From an uncultured Opitutales bacterium (GTDB taxonomy: Bacteria; Verrucomicrobiota; Verrucomicrobiia; Opitutales; UBA2987), in NCBI GenBank assembly GCA_964542645.1, contig CAZIUG010000007.1, forward strand, positions 73,619 through 137,618: a stretch of DNA of 64,000 nucleotides, in the 5' to 3' direction. The translations under genes were made by a program, and so were the position numbers. This document shows, in pieces, positions 16,701-26,501 of this stretch (positions within the stretch are counted from its first letter, which is position 1; every line of letters begins with the position of its first letter). The notes beneath the pieces were generated by a model. That model was not told where the DNA came from and did no database searches. It saw only the letters and a list, made by a program, of their open reading frames with translations.

Positions 16701-17015
16701 ATGAAAGCGACAATCAAGACCCAAGGCCAACAGTACAATGTGACAGAGGGCGATGTCCTTACGGTCGACCGATTCATAGACTCGAAAGAGGGCGATTCGG
16801 TGAAAATCGAACACGTCCTCATGTTGGGTGAAGGAGAAAATGCTATCATCGGAACCCCATTGGTCGAAGGCGCTTCGGTAAGCGCAAAGATCCTGGAGAA
16901 TAAACGAGCATCTAAAATTATAGTATTCAAAAAGAAGCGGCGTAAAGGATACCGCCGCAAACAGGGTCACCGACAAGAAATTTCAGTAATTCGGATTGAA
17001 TCCATCGACTCGTGA
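16701..17015 (+). CDS. rplU: 50S ribosomal protein L21 (bL21)
   Basis: [24 protein letters not shown]... and the basic C-terminus [16 protein letters not shown]. It sits directly upstream of rpmA, the conserved order. Confidence 0.95.
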   Translation: MKATIKTQGQQYNVTEGDVLTVDRFIDSKEGDSVKIEHVLMLGEGENAIIGTPLVEGASVSAKILENKRASKIIVFKKKRRKGYRRKQGHRQEISVIRIESIDS

Positions 17016-17040
17016 GAAAAGATAACCGGAGGGATCTAAG

Positions 17041-17283
17041 ATGGCACACAAGAAGGGACAGGGAACTTCAAGAAACGGGCGCGACAGCGCTGGCAAACGT
17101 CTCGGAATAAAGAAGTATGATGGGGAGTCTGTACTCGCAGGGAACATCATTATGCGTCAAAGAGGAACGAAGATGCATCCAGGAAAAAATGTCGGTCTAG
17201 GAAGAGACTTCACTCTGTTCGCGCTTTCCGATGGGAGGGTCAAGTGGGATGGAACCCATCGCCGAGTGTCAGTGGAAGCGTGA
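17041..17283 (+). CDS. rpmA: 50S ribosomal protein L27 (bL27)
   Basis: [29 protein letters not shown]...[17 protein letters not shown] is the canonical bL27 sequence. Confidence 0.97.
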   Translation: MAHKKGQGTSRNGRDSAGKRLGIKKYDGESVLAGNIIMRQRGTKMHPGKNVGLGRDFTLFALSDGRVKWDGTHRRVSVEA

Positions 17284-17756
17284 AGATCATACTTCATGAG
17301 CTTATCGAGCATAAAATCCTTTTTCTAAAAGCACCTGGGACTGATTATCCGAAACATCAGAAGATTTCCCTACGAATCGGGGGCGAAGATCACCTCTCCA
17401 GTTCCTGAACTTAAACAAATAGGGGGTAGCCTCTGTAACTTCAGCTTCCCCAGGAACAGTCCAGGCAGTAGTCTTGGATTCCAGTTTGGAGATTTGAGGA
17501 ACGCTCAAAGCGCGTGAACAACCAAGATTGGCGAGTGCAGGAACCCTGCGATTAAGCCCGAAGCACAGTCACTGTAACCCAGCAAGGGTACCCCATTATG
17601 ACTGCAGGCGACACCGCAATCACCGTCATTGTAGGTATTCTTGTCTTGTTTTTACCCTGGATTGAATAAAGACTAAGCTTCGAGACTCCTGGAGTCTACA
17701 CCAGGTAAAGAAATCAACCAACAGCCTGAAGTCTTCGTAAGACCCCCAATCTCGAC

Positions 17757-18710
17757 ATGAATGTCTTAATAACGGGCGGAATGGGAAATCTAGGTTCTCG
17801 ACTACTTATTCCGCTGGTCCGTCGAAAATATCAAGTCGTTCTTTTCGACAGGAGACCAGATCCTCTGATCCCGTCTCCCGAATTCGAGAAGACCCTCTAT
17901 GTCGAAGGCGACGTGACTAATCTGGAAAGTATTACCCAAGCGGTGAAGCTGCACGAGATCGACGTTATTTTTCATCTTGCTTCACTGCTCTCAGCCCAGT
18001 CGGAACTAGAAAGCGACCTGGCCTGGGAAATCAACATGACGGGAACCCGCAATGTTTTGGAAGCGGCGAGGCTGGGAGGTGTCTCTCGGGTCACTTTTTC
18101 AAGTTCGTTAGCAACCTACGGCCCTGGAATTAAGGAACCCCTTGAAATCGATGCTCCAATGTGGCCGGCCTCTCTCTATGGTGTCACAAAGGTTGCGAGT
18201 GAATGTCTAGGAAATTATTACCATCTTCGCTTCGGAATGGACTTTCGCTCCATCCGATTCCCAACTCTGGTAGCGCCGCGCGGTGCCAGCGGCGCCGCCA
18301 GCGCTTTTTGTTCAGCTATATTCGTCGAGGCTGTTGAAAAAGGAGCATTCAATTTTGAGGTAGGGCCTGACGCTACTTTCCCAGCTATCTATATTGGTGA
18401 CGCGATCAGAGCCTTTCTTTTGCTTTTCGATGCTCCCAATGAGAGACTATCGCGAAGGGTTTACAATGTACATGGCCTGGGGCTTTCAGCCAGGGACCTG
18501 TCTAACGCTATCTTACGAATATTGCCCGACACGAATATTACCTACACCCCAAATCCAACTTTGTCTGCCATCGTTGACAGTTGGCCCCAGTTTATCGATG
18601 ACTCAATGGCAAGGATTGACTGGGATTGGAAATCGGACTATGACCTCGACAGAATGGCTATCGAGATTATCACTCAATTGCGAAATAGGAGTTACAATGA
18701 AAACCCATGA
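17757..18710 (+). CDS. NAD-dependent epimerase/dehydratase-fold SDR, short-chain L-threonine 3-dehydrogenase-like
   Basis: MNVLITGGMGNLGSRL is the Rossmann start (GxxGxxG). The catalytic region SLYGVTKVASECLGNYYHLRFGMDFRSIRFP (YxxxK) closely resembles the UDP-glucose-4-epimerase-like TDH family as I remember it. Confidence 0.75.
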   Translation: MNVLITGGMGNLGSRLLIPLVRRKYQVVLFDRRPDPLIPSPEFEKTLYVEGDVTNLESITQAVKLHEIDVIFHLASLLSAQSELESDLAWEINMTGTRNVLEAARLGGVSRVTFSSSLATYGPGIKEPLEIDAPMWPASLYGVTKVASECLGNYYHLRFGMDFRSIRFPTLVAPRGASGAASAFCSAIFVEAVEKGAFNFEVGPDATFPAIYIGDAIRAFLLLFDAPNERLSRRVYNVHGLGLSARDLSNAILRILPDTNITYTPNPTLSAIVDSWPQFIDDSMARIDWDWKSDYDLDRMAIEIITQLRNRSYNENP

Positions 18711-19899
18711 GAATTACCGTCGTCTGATCGAGAAGGCAGAGACTTGTCATCAAGGCCTTCGAAGCATATTTCATATTGATGATGAGGATGTCTCACTAGC
18801 TAGACTCTATTCCTACGCCTATCGCTCTCAGACGATCGGAGCATTCCATGGCTGTCAGGAAGCGCTAACCCAATCTCTGGAAGAAAAAGGGCACGATTCT
18901 GTAAATGGTGCGGAGATACTGGGCCTTCTTAAAGATCTTCAGAATCTCGGAACCATTCCAATACCTGAGGACTTCCGAGCCCTCACGCATACCCTTTATA
19001 GTTACGACAAATGGTCACGAGCTGTTCAGGAAAGACTGGAGCGGCTAATTCAAGACACAGACTCGGTTATCCCCCAAGAAACTGGTAAGTTCTTCCGTGA
19101 GAATATCGAACGAATCACAACTTGCAACGGAATCTATACAGCCCGAGACGATGTTCTCCCGGAACAAAGCACCTTCCTGGTTCCTAATCTTGGGATCGAG
19201 ATCGTCTCTTTGATCTACGGTGAAAATTTTTCGTGGAATTCGGCACACCTACCCGGGAAATGCATTGGGGCTACAAACCACTTCCACAGAGAAGGAATTG
19301 AGATTCATCTAGGCTACTCACCTATGCACGGAGCAACCATGCTGGGCGACTGTGCCACCACCATGACAGAAGGCTATGCAATGGCCATCCCGGCAAAAAT
19401 CGAGCATGGAATGGATAATCTCGACAATAATGTACACTGGGTACCTTTCATCTTCGGGTCCATGACCTTGGCTGGATGGGGTGTCTTCTTTGACGTAGAG
19501 GCTAGAGCAGCCAAAGCATCAGATCTTAATCAGGTACCACTCGAATCGGACAGAATGAACGACAGCGTCTACCTGGAACGCGAGATTGACCGGATCGCAC
19601 AATTGCCGGGTAGCTGCAGAGAAGTTCTCTTTCCCCCTTCCGCTACGGCCTCAGGAAAATGCGGTGCCCTCGAATTGGGAATCGCAAAGGTTGGCTCAGA
19701 AGGTCTCTCACTCCCAAATGACACCTACCGAATCTTCTCCGTTGTCAGAGGAAAGGCTAAGTTCTCAATTGGTACGGTGAGTTCTAACCTTGAAGTCCAT
19801 GACCATACTGGAATCCCAAGCGGGATGAGTGCATACATATCTCCCGATGGAGGTAATTCTCTCGTGGTTTTGGATGCGGTGATACGACCTTGCAGTTAA
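18697..19899 (+). CDS. Hypothetical protein, 400 aa, with a cupin-like metal motif
   Basis: ATG at 18697 is preceded by AGGAG (18687-91) at 5-nt spacing and overlaps the upstream stop by 14 nt. HFHREGIE (nt 19279-19302) fits the cupin HxHxxxxE pattern, with a later AIPAKIEHG. I do not recognise a specific family. Confidence 0.65.
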   Translation: MKTHENYRRLIEKAETCHQGLRSIFHIDDEDVSLARLYSYAYRSQTIGAFHGCQEALTQSLEEKGHDSVNGAEILGLLKDLQNLGTIPIPEDFRALTHTLYSYDKWSRAVQERLERLIQDTDSVIPQETGKFFRENIERITTCNGIYTARDDVLPEQSTFLVPNLGIEIVSLIYGENFSWNSAHLPGKCIGATNHFHREGIEIHLGYSPMHGATMLGDCATTMTEGYAMAIPAKIEHGMDNLDNNVHWVPFIFGSMTLAGWGVFFDVEARAAKASDLNQVPLESDRMNDSVYLEREIDRIAQLPGSCREVLFPPSATASGKCGALELGIAKVGSEGLSLPNDTYRIFSVVRGKAKFSIGTVSSNLEVHDHTGIPSGMSAYISPDGGNSLVVLDAVIRPCS

Positions 19900-19923
19900 A
19901 AAGATACTCTCGGCCAATTTTTT

Positions 19924-20415
19924 CTACCCCCATCTCCTCACTCTTCTCTTATATTTTATATACTCTTCGCCAAATTTTTTTTCGAGATAGCGTTCCTCTC
20001 GTTGGATCACACCCCAAGTCAGAAAACCCGCTGAAATAATCGCCAATCCGACGAACCAGAGACTGTTAACCCAGAAGCCTATACCGATCTGCAGGTAGAT
20101 CATAGATAAACATATCGGGTTGCGTGAGCGACGGAAGGGACCATCCATGATGATCGAATCTGCTCGGCCAATATTTGAAATAGACTTGCCAGCCTTCATT
20201 AACGTTAATGCGGCCCAAAGAAAGATAGCAATCGAGCTTGCAATGACGAAGATGCCCGCAAATAGAGAAACTCCCTGAGGCAGAAACGGAAGTGGGGTCA
20301 CCAATCGGCCAGCAAAACCAACGGCGATAAAGACAGCGAGTAAAACAGGTAGGCGAAAAGCGACATCAGCGCAATCCGTTGATCCATTTCGTCCGTTTTG
20401 ATCAAATGTTGCCAT
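19924..20415 (-). CDS. Isoprenylcysteine carboxyl / phospholipid methyltransferase family membrane protein
   Basis: Four or five TM helices. GPFRRSRNPICLSMIYLQIG and the C-terminal REERYLEKKFGEEYIKYKRRVRRW match the ICMT/PEMT signature. Confidence 0.8.
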   Translation of the reverse strand: MATFDQNGRNGSTDCADVAFRLPVLLAVFIAVGFAGRLVTPLPFLPQGVSLFAGIFVIASSIAIFLWAALTLMKAGKSISNIGRADSIIMDGPFRRSRNPICLSMIYLQIGIGFWVNSLWFVGLAIISAGFLTWGVIQREERYLEKKFGEEYIKYKRRVRRWG

Positions 20416-20715
20416 TATATTGAAAAACTCAACGGTGTTTGTAATACTCCGTAGTCACAATCATAGTCTTTCTTCCGGAAGGACTTCGATGATCAGATGT
20501 GTTTGTCACCCATTTTACAAACCAGAAACGGGCAGTTCTCAAACCTTCATCTGAGAGGGCGAGACTCCGCACCGCCACCGTCAACAGCGCCTAGAGTGTC
20601 TCAGATATCCCGGAAAAAGATGGGGTCCCCCGCCCTTCAGGAAAACCGTTAAACCGATTGAAACGATGCGAGCCAATAACTCCTCCACCTAATCAAAAAT
20701 TCATTTGACCCTTTT

Positions 20716-21801
20716 CTAAAAGGAACTGTTGGGATAACTCCCAAGCCACTTTACCATGGGACAATTCTTTTTCAGTTCGATCACAGCATCGACTATCTCA
20801 GGGTCATCTCGGTGACCAATAACGTCGACGAAGAAGTAGTAGTCCCACAATTTCCGGCGACTGGGCCGGGACTCAATTTTTGAAAGATTTAGATTTCTGC
20901 TGCTGAACGCTTCAAGCATCTTCTGCAGTGCACCCGGTTCGTCCTTCAAAGAGAAGACATAGCTGCTCTTATCCTTTCCCTCTCCTAATCGCCCAGAGGA
21001 AGACTGCCCGATAGTTAGAAAACGGGTGTAGTTATTCGCACTATCCTGGATGCCTTCAGCCACGATCGGCATATCATGGGTTTCCGCCGCGATACGACTA
21101 GCAATCGCTGCTACCTCCGGTCTTTCTCCTGCCAGTTGAACCGCTTTAACGGTGCTGGCCGACTCTAATTGCTCGACACCAGGAAGCATTCGGTTTAGCC
21201 AGTTTCGGCATTGCCCCAGAGCACTATCTTTGGAATGAACCGCTTTTATATCGGGGAGGGATGAGCGGGAAATTAGACAGAGAGAAATTTCAAGATAGAC
21301 TTGGGCGATAATCTTTAAATCTGTCTCTGCTAACAAATCGAGAGAATGGGAAATTGCTCCTTCGGTCGAATTCTCAATGGGAATCACGCCGTAATCGACT
21401 TCTCCTAGTTCAACCGAGGAAAAGACATCCGAAATTGTTCCCATTGTCATATAGTTTACACTAGTTCCGAAATTTTTGACCGCCGCCTGATGAGTGAAAG
21501 TCGATTCTGGCCCAAGATAGGCCACAGTAATTCTCTTTTCCATTGAGAGCGAAGCTGAGATCACTTCCCGAAAGATAGCATGAAGGCTCTCATCGCTCAG
21601 GGGTCCTTTGTTCAGATCCATTAGTTTTTGGAAGACTTCCATTTCTCGAGAGGGAGCATAGACTTCCTGTCCAGATTGTTCCTTGAGCTTACCGATCTGA
21701 GCAGCGAGCTTCACTCTAGCATTCAACCGCTCGACAATTTCACGGTCGATGTCATCGATCTGTTCTCTTAGCCCACCAAGGTCTAGGTTACTAGTGTCCA
21801 T
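20716..21801 (-). CDS. pheA: Bifunctional chorismate mutase / prephenate dehydratase (P-protein)
   Basis: N-terminal CM helix LREQIDDIDREIVERLNARVKLAAQIG. PDT domain ITVAYLGPESTFTHQAA. C-terminal ACT domain with NLSKIESRPSRR. Confidence 0.92.
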   Translation of the reverse strand: MDTSNLDLGGLREQIDDIDREIVERLNARVKLAAQIGKLKEQSGQEVYAPSREMEVFQKLMDLNKGPLSDESLHAIFREVISASLSMEKRITVAYLGPESTFTHQAAVKNFGTSVNYMTMGTISDVFSSVELGEVDYGVIPIENSTEGAISHSLDLLAETDLKIIAQVYLEISLCLISRSSLPDIKAVHSKDSALGQCRNWLNRMLPGVEQLESASTVKAVQLAGERPEVAAIASRIAAETHDMPIVAEGIQDSANNYTRFLTIGQSSSGRLGEGKDKSSYVFSLKDEPGALQKMLEAFSSRNLNLSKIESRPSRRKLWDYYFFVDVIGHRDDPEIVDAVIELKKNCPMVKWLGSYPNSSF

Positions 21802-21869
21802 CAGAGTTTATTTTCTGCTAACCGTCTCTACTCGTATCAGTTCCTCGACTCAGGAGGTTTTTCGCCAGA

Positions 21870-22601
21870 CTACTCATCTTCATCAGAAAGACCCATATCG
21901 GCATCAGTCAATTCGACACTACTTGTGGAAGAACGTCGAATCCAATCGCTAATTTCATTAGGTGATAGTTCGTCCGAAGCAGGAAGTTCTTCGACCGATC
22001 CAAGACCGAATGTCTCCAGAAATTTCAAAGTCGTCGCATATTGCAGCGGGCGGCCTGGTAAATCAGCGCGTCCGGTGACTCGGATAAGTTCGTGTTCAAG
22101 CAAGGTACTCAAAGCACTATCCGAAGATACCCCCCGGATCGATTCAATCTCGGCACGAGTAATCGGTTGGCGATAGCCAACAATAGCCACTGCCTCCATT
22201 GCCGCCGCACTCAATTTTTGCGGTTTCGGTTCCTCTCTCAAGAGACGGACCCACTCTGCGTAATCGGGATGGACCACGATACGATATCCACTGGGGCCTT
22301 GAAGAAGTTTAAAAACTTCGTTTTTCTCTGTCAACTCTTGTGCAATTCCGTCCATAGCGTTACGGATCTGGGTAGCAGTTAGCAGAGTAGGAACCTGGTC
22401 GATCAAATCTTGCATAACGCTTTGCCCACCTCCTAATCGAGACGGGCGAGACAAACTATCCTTAGCTCCAGATTTGTTATCGCCGGCATTACCCAACCCC
22501 TCATGGTATCGAGTTATAACCGCCTGAACGTCCTTTATGGAAAGAGGCTCAGAAGTGGAAAAGAGTAATGCGCGAAGGATATTCTTGAGAATAAATTCCA
22601 T
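21870..22601 (-). CDS. scpB: Segregation and condensation protein B
   Basis: LRALLFSTSEPLSIKDV..., the winged-helix repeat EAVAIVGYRQPITRAEIESIRGVSSDSALSTLLEHELI and GRADLPGRPLQYATT. The acidic C-terminal tail is longer than usual. Confidence 0.85.
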   Translation of the reverse strand: MEFILKNILRALLFSTSEPLSIKDVQAVITRYHEGLGNAGDNKSGAKDSLSRPSRLGGGQSVMQDLIDQVPTLLTATQIRNAMDGIAQELTEKNEVFKLLQGPSGYRIVVHPDYAEWVRLLREEPKPQKLSAAAMEAVAIVGYRQPITRAEIESIRGVSSDSALSTLLEHELIRVTGRADLPGRPLQYATTLKFLETFGLGSVEELPASDELSPNEISDWIRRSSTSSVELTDADMGLSDEDE

Positions 22602-22686
22602 GAGTTTCCTAGGAAGAAAAAGAGTTTGTCTTCGTAATCGGAACAGGCAAGCTCACATTCTATCCTAGAAAAATCATACTCGTACA

Positions 22687-24393
22687 ATGCAAACAGTTGA
22701 GAAAAAGACAAATATTGATCAGAGAAAACACTCTGCGATCTTAGTAGATGGGAACGATCGCGCGCCCAACCGATCCATGCTGCGTGCAGTAGGATTCAAG
22801 GACGAGGACTTTTCGAAGCCGATAATCGGAGTTGCGTCAACCTGGAGCATGGTGACTCCCTGTAATATGCATATCGATGAACTGGCAAGTGAGGTCAGGG
22901 CGGGCATCGACACAGCGGGAGGGAAAGGTGTTGTATTCGGTACTATCACAGTGTCTGACGCCATTTCAATGGGCACGGTAGGGATGCGCTACTCACTCGT
23001 TTCTAGGGAAGTTATCGCTGATTCTATCGAAACGGTGGCAGGCGCGGAGGGTTTTGATGGATATGTTGCTATAGGCGGATGCGATAAGAATATGCCCGCC
23101 TGCCTTATGGCGATGGGGCGAATGAACCGGCCGGCCGTTTTTGTATACGGCGGAACAATCCTTCCTGGAATCCATCGTGATAAACCAGTTGACATTGTCT
23201 CTGTATTCGAGGCCGTTGGAAAACATGCAGGCGGCGAGATTGACAATGCCGAGCTGACAGAAATCGAGAAATGTTCGGTACCGGGACCCGGTTCCTGCGG
23301 AGGTATGTACACCGCTAATACAATGGCTTCGGCAATCGAGGCGATGGGAATGAGTCTTCCGGATAGTTCCGCTCAGACTGCGGTTTCAAATGAGAAGCGG
23401 CAGGATAGTAGAAATGCCGGCGAGGCGGTCCTAAATCTAGTTAAGAAAGGAATTCGGCCTCGCGACATTATGACCCTGGAGGCCTTTGAGAATGCGATTA
23501 CGGTCGCGATATCTTTGGGCGGTTCGACCAATTCAGTTCTCCATCTCCTTGCTATTGCTCACTCCGCTGAGGTTCCCCTTTCCCTTGATGATTTCACCCG
23601 GATAGGAGAGAGAGTGCCGGTTCTAGCTGATCTTAAACCGAGTGGGAAATACAATATGGCGCATCTTGTGCGTATTGGGGGACTACAGCCTCTAATGAAA
23701 ATACTGCTGGACCATGATCTCCTCCACGGAGACTGTTTGACAGTCACTGGGCGGACCTTGGGAGAGAATCTCAAAAAGGTGGGCCGTTATCCCGAAGATC
23801 AAGACATTGTTCGATCGTTCGACAACCCAATCAAACCGAACAGCCACCTTCGCATACTCTATGGCAACCTTTCCCCCGAAGGATCAGTAGCGAAAATATC
23901 GGGGAAGGAGGGACTGCGATTTACCGGAAACGCAATTGTTTTTGAGGGAGAGGAACAAGCCCTCAAAGCTATTTTGGATGGGGAAGTCAAAGCAGGAAAC
24001 GTTGTCGTGATTCGCAGCGAGGGACCTAAAGGGGCTCCCGGGATGCGAGAAATGCTTGCACCTACTTCAGCGATAATGGGCAAGGGGTTGGGTGGTAAAG
24101 TCGCTTTGATTACGGATGGCCGTTTTTCGGGAGGCAGTCACGGCTTTGTGGTTGGTCACATTACTCCAGAGGCTGCAGTTGGTGGCCCAATCGGCATAAT
24201 TGAGCCCGGTGACAAAATCACGATTGATGCCGTGAAAAATGAACTGATTCTCGAAATTCCAGAAGATCTCTTAAAGCAGCGCCTGGCCGCTTGGAAAACT
24301 CCATCCCCATCAGCTACTCGAGGTGTCCTCGCCAAATATGCGAAACTTGTTTCCTCCGCTAGCACTGGAGCTGTTACTGACGGAGACTTATAA
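22687..24393 (+). CDS. ilvD: Dihydroxy-acid dehydratase
   Basis: PIIGVASTWSMVTPCNMH, GGCDKNMPACLMAMGR and VALITDGRFSGGSHGFVVGHITPEA are canonical IlvD blocks. Confidence 0.97.
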   Translation: MQTVEKKTNIDQRKHSAILVDGNDRAPNRSMLRAVGFKDEDFSKPIIGVASTWSMVTPCNMHIDELASEVRAGIDTAGGKGVVFGTITVSDAISMGTVGMRYSLVSREVIADSIETVAGAEGFDGYVAIGGCDKNMPACLMAMGRMNRPAVFVYGGTILPGIHRDKPVDIVSVFEAVGKHAGGEIDNAELTEIEKCSVPGPGSCGGMYTANTMASAIEAMGMSLPDSSAQTAVSNEKRQDSRNAGEAVLNLVKKGIRPRDIMTLEAFENAITVAISLGGSTNSVLHLLAIAHSAEVPLSLDDFTRIGERVPVLADLKPSGKYNMAHLVRIGGLQPLMKILLDHDLLHGDCLTVTGRTLGENLKKVGRYPEDQDIVRSFDNPIKPNSHLRILYGNLSPEGSVAKISGKEGLRFTGNAIVFEGEEQALKAILDGEVKAGNVVVIRSEGPKGAPGMREMLAPTSAIMGKGLGGKVALITDGRFSGGSHGFVVGHITPEAAVGGPIGIIEPGDKITIDAVKNELILEIPEDLLKQRLAAWKTPSPSATRGVLAKYAKLVSSASTGAVTDGDL

Positions 24394-24431
24394 AGCCTGA
24401 AGATCCTGCGGGTTTTCAGACTCCACCAGTT

Positions 24432-26030
24432 ATGTCTGATCCGGCAAATTCCTGGGCACGATTCAAGGGGAACTATCTTGCTTTGCCCGAACTAGGGATG
24501 GCGCTAGATACCAGCCTTATGAACTATCCCGTCTCCTTCCTCAGCAAAATGGAGCCAGCCATTCAACAAGCACTTCAATCTATGGCGGACTTGGAAAGGG
24601 GTGATATTGTAAATCCAGATGAAAACCAAATGGCCGGTCATTACTGGTTAAGAGAGCCGAGTTTAGCACCAAATGACGAAATCACTGTACAGGTGAATGA
24701 AACATTGAGCAGGATTAAAGGATTCAGTGAGGCGGTTCACCGAGGGGAGATCTCCGGGGGAACCGGTCCGTTTCGAAGAATGCTAATTATTGGGATCGGA
24801 GGATCCGCCCTGGGCCCACAATTTGTCAGCCAGGCTCTGGTTCAGCCAGAAGGTAATCCTCTCCAAGCAGAATACTTCGATAATACAGATCCTGACGGGA
24901 TCGACCTCGTTCTCTCCCGGCTTAGAGACTCCCTGGGCGAAACATTAGTGATCGTTATTTCGAAATCCGGAGACACCCCCGAAACTCGCAACGGTATGAT
25001 CGAAGCAAAACATGCTTTCGAAACATCGGGACTTTCTTTTGCCAAACATGCAGTAGCTATTACAGGTAAAAACAGCCAACTCCAACGTTACGCCGATTCT
25101 CACGGTTGGCTTCTTACCTTGCCGATGTGGGACTGGGTAGGAGGGAGAACGAGCGAGACAGGACCTGTAGGTCTCCTCCCGGCTAGCCTCGAAGGAATTT
25201 CGATCGATGATTTTCTAAGAGGCGCTGCGAGTATGGATGAAATAACCCGGCGTTCCGAGACAATTAGTAATCCAGCAGCCATGATCGCCCTGATGTGGTA
25301 TTATGCTACCGGAGGAATCGGCGCCAAGGAGATGATCGTTGTCCCCTACAAAGATCGGCTCAGGCTACTCCCAATCTATCTCCAACAGCTAGTAATGGAA
25401 TCGCTGGGCAAGGAACTTGATCTCGACGGCAAGGTAGTAAATCAGGGAATCGCGGTATACGGAAACAAGGGCTCCTCCGATCAGCATTCCTATATTCAAC
25501 AATTGCGTGATGGGCTCTCCAATTTTTTCGTTACATTCATCGAGGTCCTAAAATACAGAGATTCAGACTCAATCGAGGTCGAACCTGGGTCAACCTCTGG
25601 AGATTTCCTCGCAGGCTTCCTTCTTGGGACTCGATCGGCCCTTTACGATAAGAATCGTGAATCGATCACTGTTTCCATAGACGAATTAAACCCTTCCAGT
25701 GTCGGTGCACTAATCGCACTTTTTGAACGAGCCGTTGGCCTCTACGCTGTACTCATAAATGTCAATGCTTACAATCAGCCGGGAGTTGAGGCCGGGAAGC
25801 AAGCAGCGGCCACTTTCCTGGATTTAAATAGACGTATTCATCATTTCCTAGAAAATTCTCCAGGAAAACATTTTACGGCCGAGTCGATTGCCTATGCTCT
25901 CAATTCCACAGGAGAGGTTGAAATCGTTTTCAAAATCCTCGAACATCTCGTCGCCAATCGGGCAAAAAGAATCAATAAAATAGATTCAAGTAATATCTGC
26001 CTAAGGAAATACTATTTCCAAAAGAAATGA
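24432..26030 (+). CDS. pgi: Glucose-6-phosphate isomerase
   Basis: IGIGGSALGPQF, VISKSGDTPETR and QHSYIQQLRDG are PGI family signatures. Size is 532 aa. Confidence 0.93.
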   Translation: MSDPANSWARFKGNYLALPELGMALDTSLMNYPVSFLSKMEPAIQQALQSMADLERGDIVNPDENQMAGHYWLREPSLAPNDEITVQVNETLSRIKGFSEAVHRGEISGGTGPFRRMLIIGIGGSALGPQFVSQALVQPEGNPLQAEYFDNTDPDGIDLVLSRLRDSLGETLVIVISKSGDTPETRNGMIEAKHAFETSGLSFAKHAVAITGKNSQLQRYADSHGWLLTLPMWDWVGGRTSETGPVGLLPASLEGISIDDFLRGAASMDEITRRSETISNPAAMIALMWYYATGGIGAKEMIVVPYKDRLRLLPIYLQQLVMESLGKELDLDGKVVNQGIAVYGNKGSSDQHSYIQQLRDGLSNFFVTFIEVLKYRDSDSIEVEPGSTSGDFLAGFLLGTRSALYDKNRESITVSIDELNPSSVGALIALFERAVGLYAVLINVNAYNQPGVEAGKQAAATFLDLNRRIHHFLENSPGKHFTAESIAYALNSTGEVEIVFKILEHLVANRAKRINKIDSSNICLRKYYFQKK

Positions 26031-26336
26031 ACCCCGTATGCGAAGCGATCCTTTGGAGGAATATAAAGAATCCGCTCCGGTGAACATCGACGAGACATCC
26101 TAACTGAGAGCTTCACCCGAAAAGGCAAAACAGCTCCAGCTGGCATCGTTTTCTCGATATACGGTAATTATCTTTACCACCTCTAAAAGAAATAATTCGC
26201 GTCATGCTACTGAATCCCGGATCCCTCTTTTACCAATTTCGCTATCGACAAGCTAGTCTGCTTTCCAAATCGTCTTAGACCAGTCCAAGCACCTCGGCAG
26301 GGAATGAGAATTGCTATAGCAACCTTCTAAATAAAA

Positions 26337-26501
26337 ATGAACCCTATAAATAAAGTTAGTCTCATCCTAATTGCAGTTTTTGCCGTCTTTATCCTAACCG
26401 GTTGCGCCAAGCTCGGAGAGGATGATACGGCAATACCTTGGTCTCGACCAGCCGATTGGGAAGGCAGGGTCCCTGGAATGGGGGGATCCAAGGGTATATA
26501 G
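26337..26501 (+). CDS. Small predicted lipoprotein (54 aa), below the ORF-track size cutoff
   Basis: My own translation is MNPINKVSLILIAVFAVFILTGCAKLGEDDTAIPWSRPADWEGRVPGMGGSKGI. It has a basic n-region, a hydrophobic core and the lipobox L-T-G-C. There is no obvious SD. A weak hairpin plus T6 lies downstream (26570-26610). Confidence 0.45.
   Translation: MNPINKVSLILIAVFAVFILTGCAKLGEDDTAIPWSRPADWEGRVPGMGGSKGI

Noticed and set aside
18394-18696. Upstream part of the listed 501-aa ORF (18394-19899), overlapping the SDR gene in another frame
   Set aside because: The overlapped 303 nt translate to low-plausibility sequence, while the SDR frame there is clearly conserved-looking. An ATG at 18697 with an AGGAG Shine-Dalgarno at ideal spacing explains the true start.
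19975-19982. Homopolymer tracts inside CDSs (T8 at 19975-19982 in the ICMT-like gene; A8 at 53149-53156 in ribD) as possible phase-variation sites
   Set aside because: Both are in frame and encode sensible residues (Lys-Lys and Phe-Phe). Eight nucleotides is short for slipped-strand switching. ribD is a housekeeping gene and unlikely to be phase-variable.
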